Source of the DNA: Alphaproteobacteria bacterium
GTDB lineage: Bacteria; Pseudomonadota; Alphaproteobacteria; Bin95
Direction of reading: 5' to 3'
DNA length: 64,000 nucleotides
Assembly (NCBI GenBank): GCA_964291285.2
Contig: OZ219785.1
Location: forward strand, 352,001-416,000
The notes beneath the pieces are model-generated. The model saw only the letters and a program-made list of their open reading frames with translations. It had not been told where the DNA came from and did no database searches. How positions within the stretch are numbered: position 1 is the stretch's first letter; every line of letters starts with the position of its first letter. Both the position numbers and the translations under genes were made by a program. Shown here in pieces: positions 61,664 through 64,000 of this stretch.

Positions 61664-62826
61664 TGGCGGGCCGGGAACGGATGAAACTCACCGACGCCGC
61701 CGTCGCCCGTTTCCGCCCCCGCGAGCGGGAATATACGGTCTGGGACACGCGCATCGCCGGCCTTGGCGTCCGGGTGCGGCCCACCGGCGGGCGCAGCTGG
61801 GTGCTGCTGCTCGACAGCGGCGGGCGCACGAAGCGCGTCTCGCTCGGCCCGGTCGGGGTGAAGAGCCTGGAAGAGGTTCGCAGGGAATGCCATGCCCGCA
61901 AGGCGAACCCCGAGCCCGAGGGAAAGACCGTGCGCACGGGGCCGGTCCCGCTGTTCCGGGATTTCGTCGCCGGTCCATGGAAGGAGGCCCATTTCAATGG
62001 CTGCAAGCCCTCGACGCAGAGGACCACCCGGTATCAGCTTGCGGGCCAGCTCCTGCCGGCCTTCGGGGCGAAACCGCTGAACCGCATCGGCGAGGCCGCC
62101 ATCCGGCGCTGGTTCGAGCGATACAGCCGCACCGCGCCGGGCAACGCCAATCTCTGCCTTGCCCGTCTGCGGCAGATTCTCAACTTCGCCCTCGCCTGCG
62201 GCTATATCGAACGCAATCCCGTCGGGCGCATCGCCCCGAACCGCCGCCCCGCATTGACGCGGTTCCTGTCCCGGGAGGAACTCGCACGCCTCCATGCCGC
62301 CCTGGACGCGCAGACCCGGAAGAGCGCGCGGCAGCAGGCCGACATCGTCCGCCTCCTGCTGCTGACCGGCTGCCGCAGAAGCGAGATCACGGGCCTCGGC
62401 TGGTCGGAAGTCCGCGAGGACGGGCTGGCGCTCACCGATGCCAAGACCGGACCGAGGAAGGTCCCGCTCGGCAGCCGGGCCCGGGCCATTCTCGACCGGC
62501 AGCCGCGCGCGGGCAGCGCGTTCGTGTTTCCCTCGCCGTGCGACCCCGCCCGCCCGCGCAGCCCCGACCTGCCGCTCTGGTACCGCGTCAGACGCGAAGC
62601 CGGCATCGGGGATGTCCGCCTTCATGATCTCCGGCATACCATGGCCAGCCATGCGGTGATGAACGGCGTGCCGGTCCCGGTGGTCTCCCGCCTGCTCGGG
62701 CATTCCAGTGCGAGGATGACGCTGCGCTACGCCCATCTCGCCGACCGCGACATCGAAGCCGCCGCGGAACGCGTCGGGCAGGCGATGGCGCGGGCCATGG
62801 CGGACGAACCGGACCAGCGCCGGTGA
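61663..62826 (+). CDS. Second tyrosine integrase with arm-binding domain
   Basis: TGATG coupling; VWDTRIAGLGVRV; TGCRRSE, AKTG, HDLRH, LLGH, LRY. Confidence 0.92.
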   Translation: MAGRERMKLTDAAVARFRPREREYTVWDTRIAGLGVRVRPTGGRSWVLLLDSGGRTKRVSLGPVGVKSLEEVRRECHARKANPEPEGKTVRTGPVPLFRDFVAGPWKEAHFNGCKPSTQRTTRYQLAGQLLPAFGAKPLNRIGEAAIRRWFERYSRTAPGNANLCLARLRQILNFALACGYIERNPVGRIAPNRRPALTRFLSREELARLHAALDAQTRKSARQQADIVRLLLLTGCRRSEITGLGWSEVREDGLALTDAKTGPRKVPLGSRARAILDRQPRAGSAFVFPSPCDPARPRSPDLPLWYRVRREAGIGDVRLHDLRHTMASHAVMNGVPVPVVSRLLGHSSARMTLRYAHLADRDIEAAAERVGQAMARAMADEPDQRR

Positions 62827-62839
62827 CGGGCAAGTTGGC

Positions 62840-64000
62840 TCAGGCGGTCAGGAAGTCCCTGTATTCTTCCATCGTCAGCACGCTGAAATTGTCGGCCGAC
62901 AGCATGTCGAAAGTCACGCCCTCGAGGATGATCTCGCTGCCCTCAAGCATCTTCGACGTGATCCTGACGCCGCCCGCCTCGTAGTCGTCGATGACCTTCA
63001 GGTCGGAGATCTGGAGGAACAGCTGTCCGGGGTTCTCCGGGTCCATCGCCTGCGCCCTGGTCTGGGCCAGGAAGAGGATGGTGTCCTCCTCGACCGAGAA
63101 GTCGGTGATCACATCGGCGCCATCGCCCTGGCGGAATAGGAACCGGTCGGCGCCCCTGCCGCCTTCCAACCGGTCGTCGCCTGTGCCGCCCACGAATTTA
63201 TCGGCGCCGGCGCCACCGGAGAGATAGTCGTCACCCGCTCCGCTGTAGAGCCTGTCATTGCCAGCGCCGCCGTAGAGTTCGTCGGCGCCAGCGCCGCCGA
63301 GGATCGTGTCGTTGCCCTCGCCGCCGTAGAGTTCGTCGTCGCCATCCTGGCCGTAGAGCCTGTCGGCGCCATCGCCGCCGTAGAGTTCGTCGTCGCCTGC
63401 ACCGCCTTCGATCCTGTCGTTGCCCTCCCCGCCGTAGAGTTCGTCGTCGCCCTCTTCGCCGTAGAGCTCGTCGGCGCCATCCTGGCCCCGGAGCAAGTCG
63501 TCGCCATCGCCGCCGAAGAGCCTGTCGGCGCCACTGCCGCCGTAGAGCCTGTCGTTGTGGTCATCGCCGCCGAGGATCGTGTCGTCGCCATCGCCGCCGG
63601 AGAGGTGGTTGGCGCCATCGCCGCCTTCGAGATAGTCGTCGCCTTCGCCGCCGGAGAGCTTGTCGGCGCCCTCGCCGCCGTAGAGCTTGTCGTCGCCATC
63701 GCCGCCGGAGAGCCTGTCGGCGCCCTCTTCGCCGTAGAGCTTGTCGTCGCCCTCCCCGCCGTGGAGCCAGTCGTTGCCCTCGCCGCCTTCGAGATAGTCG
63801 TCGCCTGCGATGCCCTCGATCCTGTCGTTGCCATTCCCGCCGTAGAGCCAGTCGTGACCCCCGCCGCCGTGGAGCTTGTCGTTGCCGTCCCGGCCCCAGA
63901 GCCTGTCGTCGCCATCGCCGCCGAAAAGCCTGTCGTTGCCGTCGTCGCCATACAGCATGTCGTCGCCATCGCCGCCGGAGAGCCTGTCGTCGCCATTCCC
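62840..64000 (-). CDS. RTX/hemolysin-type calcium-binding repeat protein, 3' part
   Basis: Long run of GGxGxDxLx nonapeptides (27-bp repeats), GADVITDF near the C-terminus; start outside window. Confidence 0.92.
   Translation of the reverse strand, partial: GNGDDRLSGGDGDDMLYGDDGNDRLFGGDGDDRLWGRDGNDKLHGGGGHDWLYGGNGNDRIEGIAGDDYLEGGEGNDWLHGGEGDDKLYGEEGADRLSGGDGDDKLYGGEGADKLSGGEGDDYLEGGDGANHLSGGDGDDTILGGDDHNDRLYGGSGADRLFGGDGDDLLRGQDGADELYGEEGDDELYGGEGNDRIEGGAGDDELYGGDGADRLYGQDGDDELYGGEGNDTILGGAGADELYGGAGNDRLYSGAGDDYLSGGAGADKFVGGTGDDRLEGGRGADRFLFRQGDGADVITDFSVEEDTILFLAQTRAQAMDPENPGQLFLQISDLKVIDDYEAGGVRITSKMLEGSEIILEGVTFDMLSADNFSVLTMEEYRDFLTA

Noticed and set aside
62837-62850. GGCTCAGGCGGT as the resumed IS5 sequence after the integrase pair
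   Set aside because: Short imperfect match coinciding with the RTX gene stop; IS sequence does not continue
62840-64000. 27-bp tandem repeats as a non-coding array
   Set aside because: Fully explained by RTX nonapeptide coding

Overview
High-GC alphaproteobacterial chromosome segment, judged from gene content and synteny (atpA/atpH-priA-fsa-DUF484-xerC; degP-rarA-crcB-rluC; dnaK-dnaJ; NYN-folK-rho). Accessory features include two PIN toxin-antitoxin pairs, nested IS1634 elements splitting a macrodomain gene, and a lower-GC island (~53.3-59.5 kb). The island holds a PLD-type restriction endonuclease and a fused double methyltransferase, both broken by IS5 elements, plus an in-frame MITE. It is followed by a tandem pair of tyrosine integrases and an RTX-repeat gene. 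Two signals stand out. (1) A dispersed element present three times (8.9-9.5 kb, 23.7-24.3 kb, 36.4-37.7 kb) is built as promoter + conserved ~110-nt structured leader + RBS/ORF + 10-bp-phased CATGACA arrays; its longest copy encodes a lone small-terminase-like protein. (2) A SelW/Rdx-family gene missed by the ORF track (9689-9910) has a CxxU UGA codon, a SECIS-like hairpin and an in-frame UAG three codons later. A candidate anti-Shine-Dalgarno sRNA and a small RSP_7527-like protein are also noted. All calls come from reading the sequence and recognising motifs; no searches were run.
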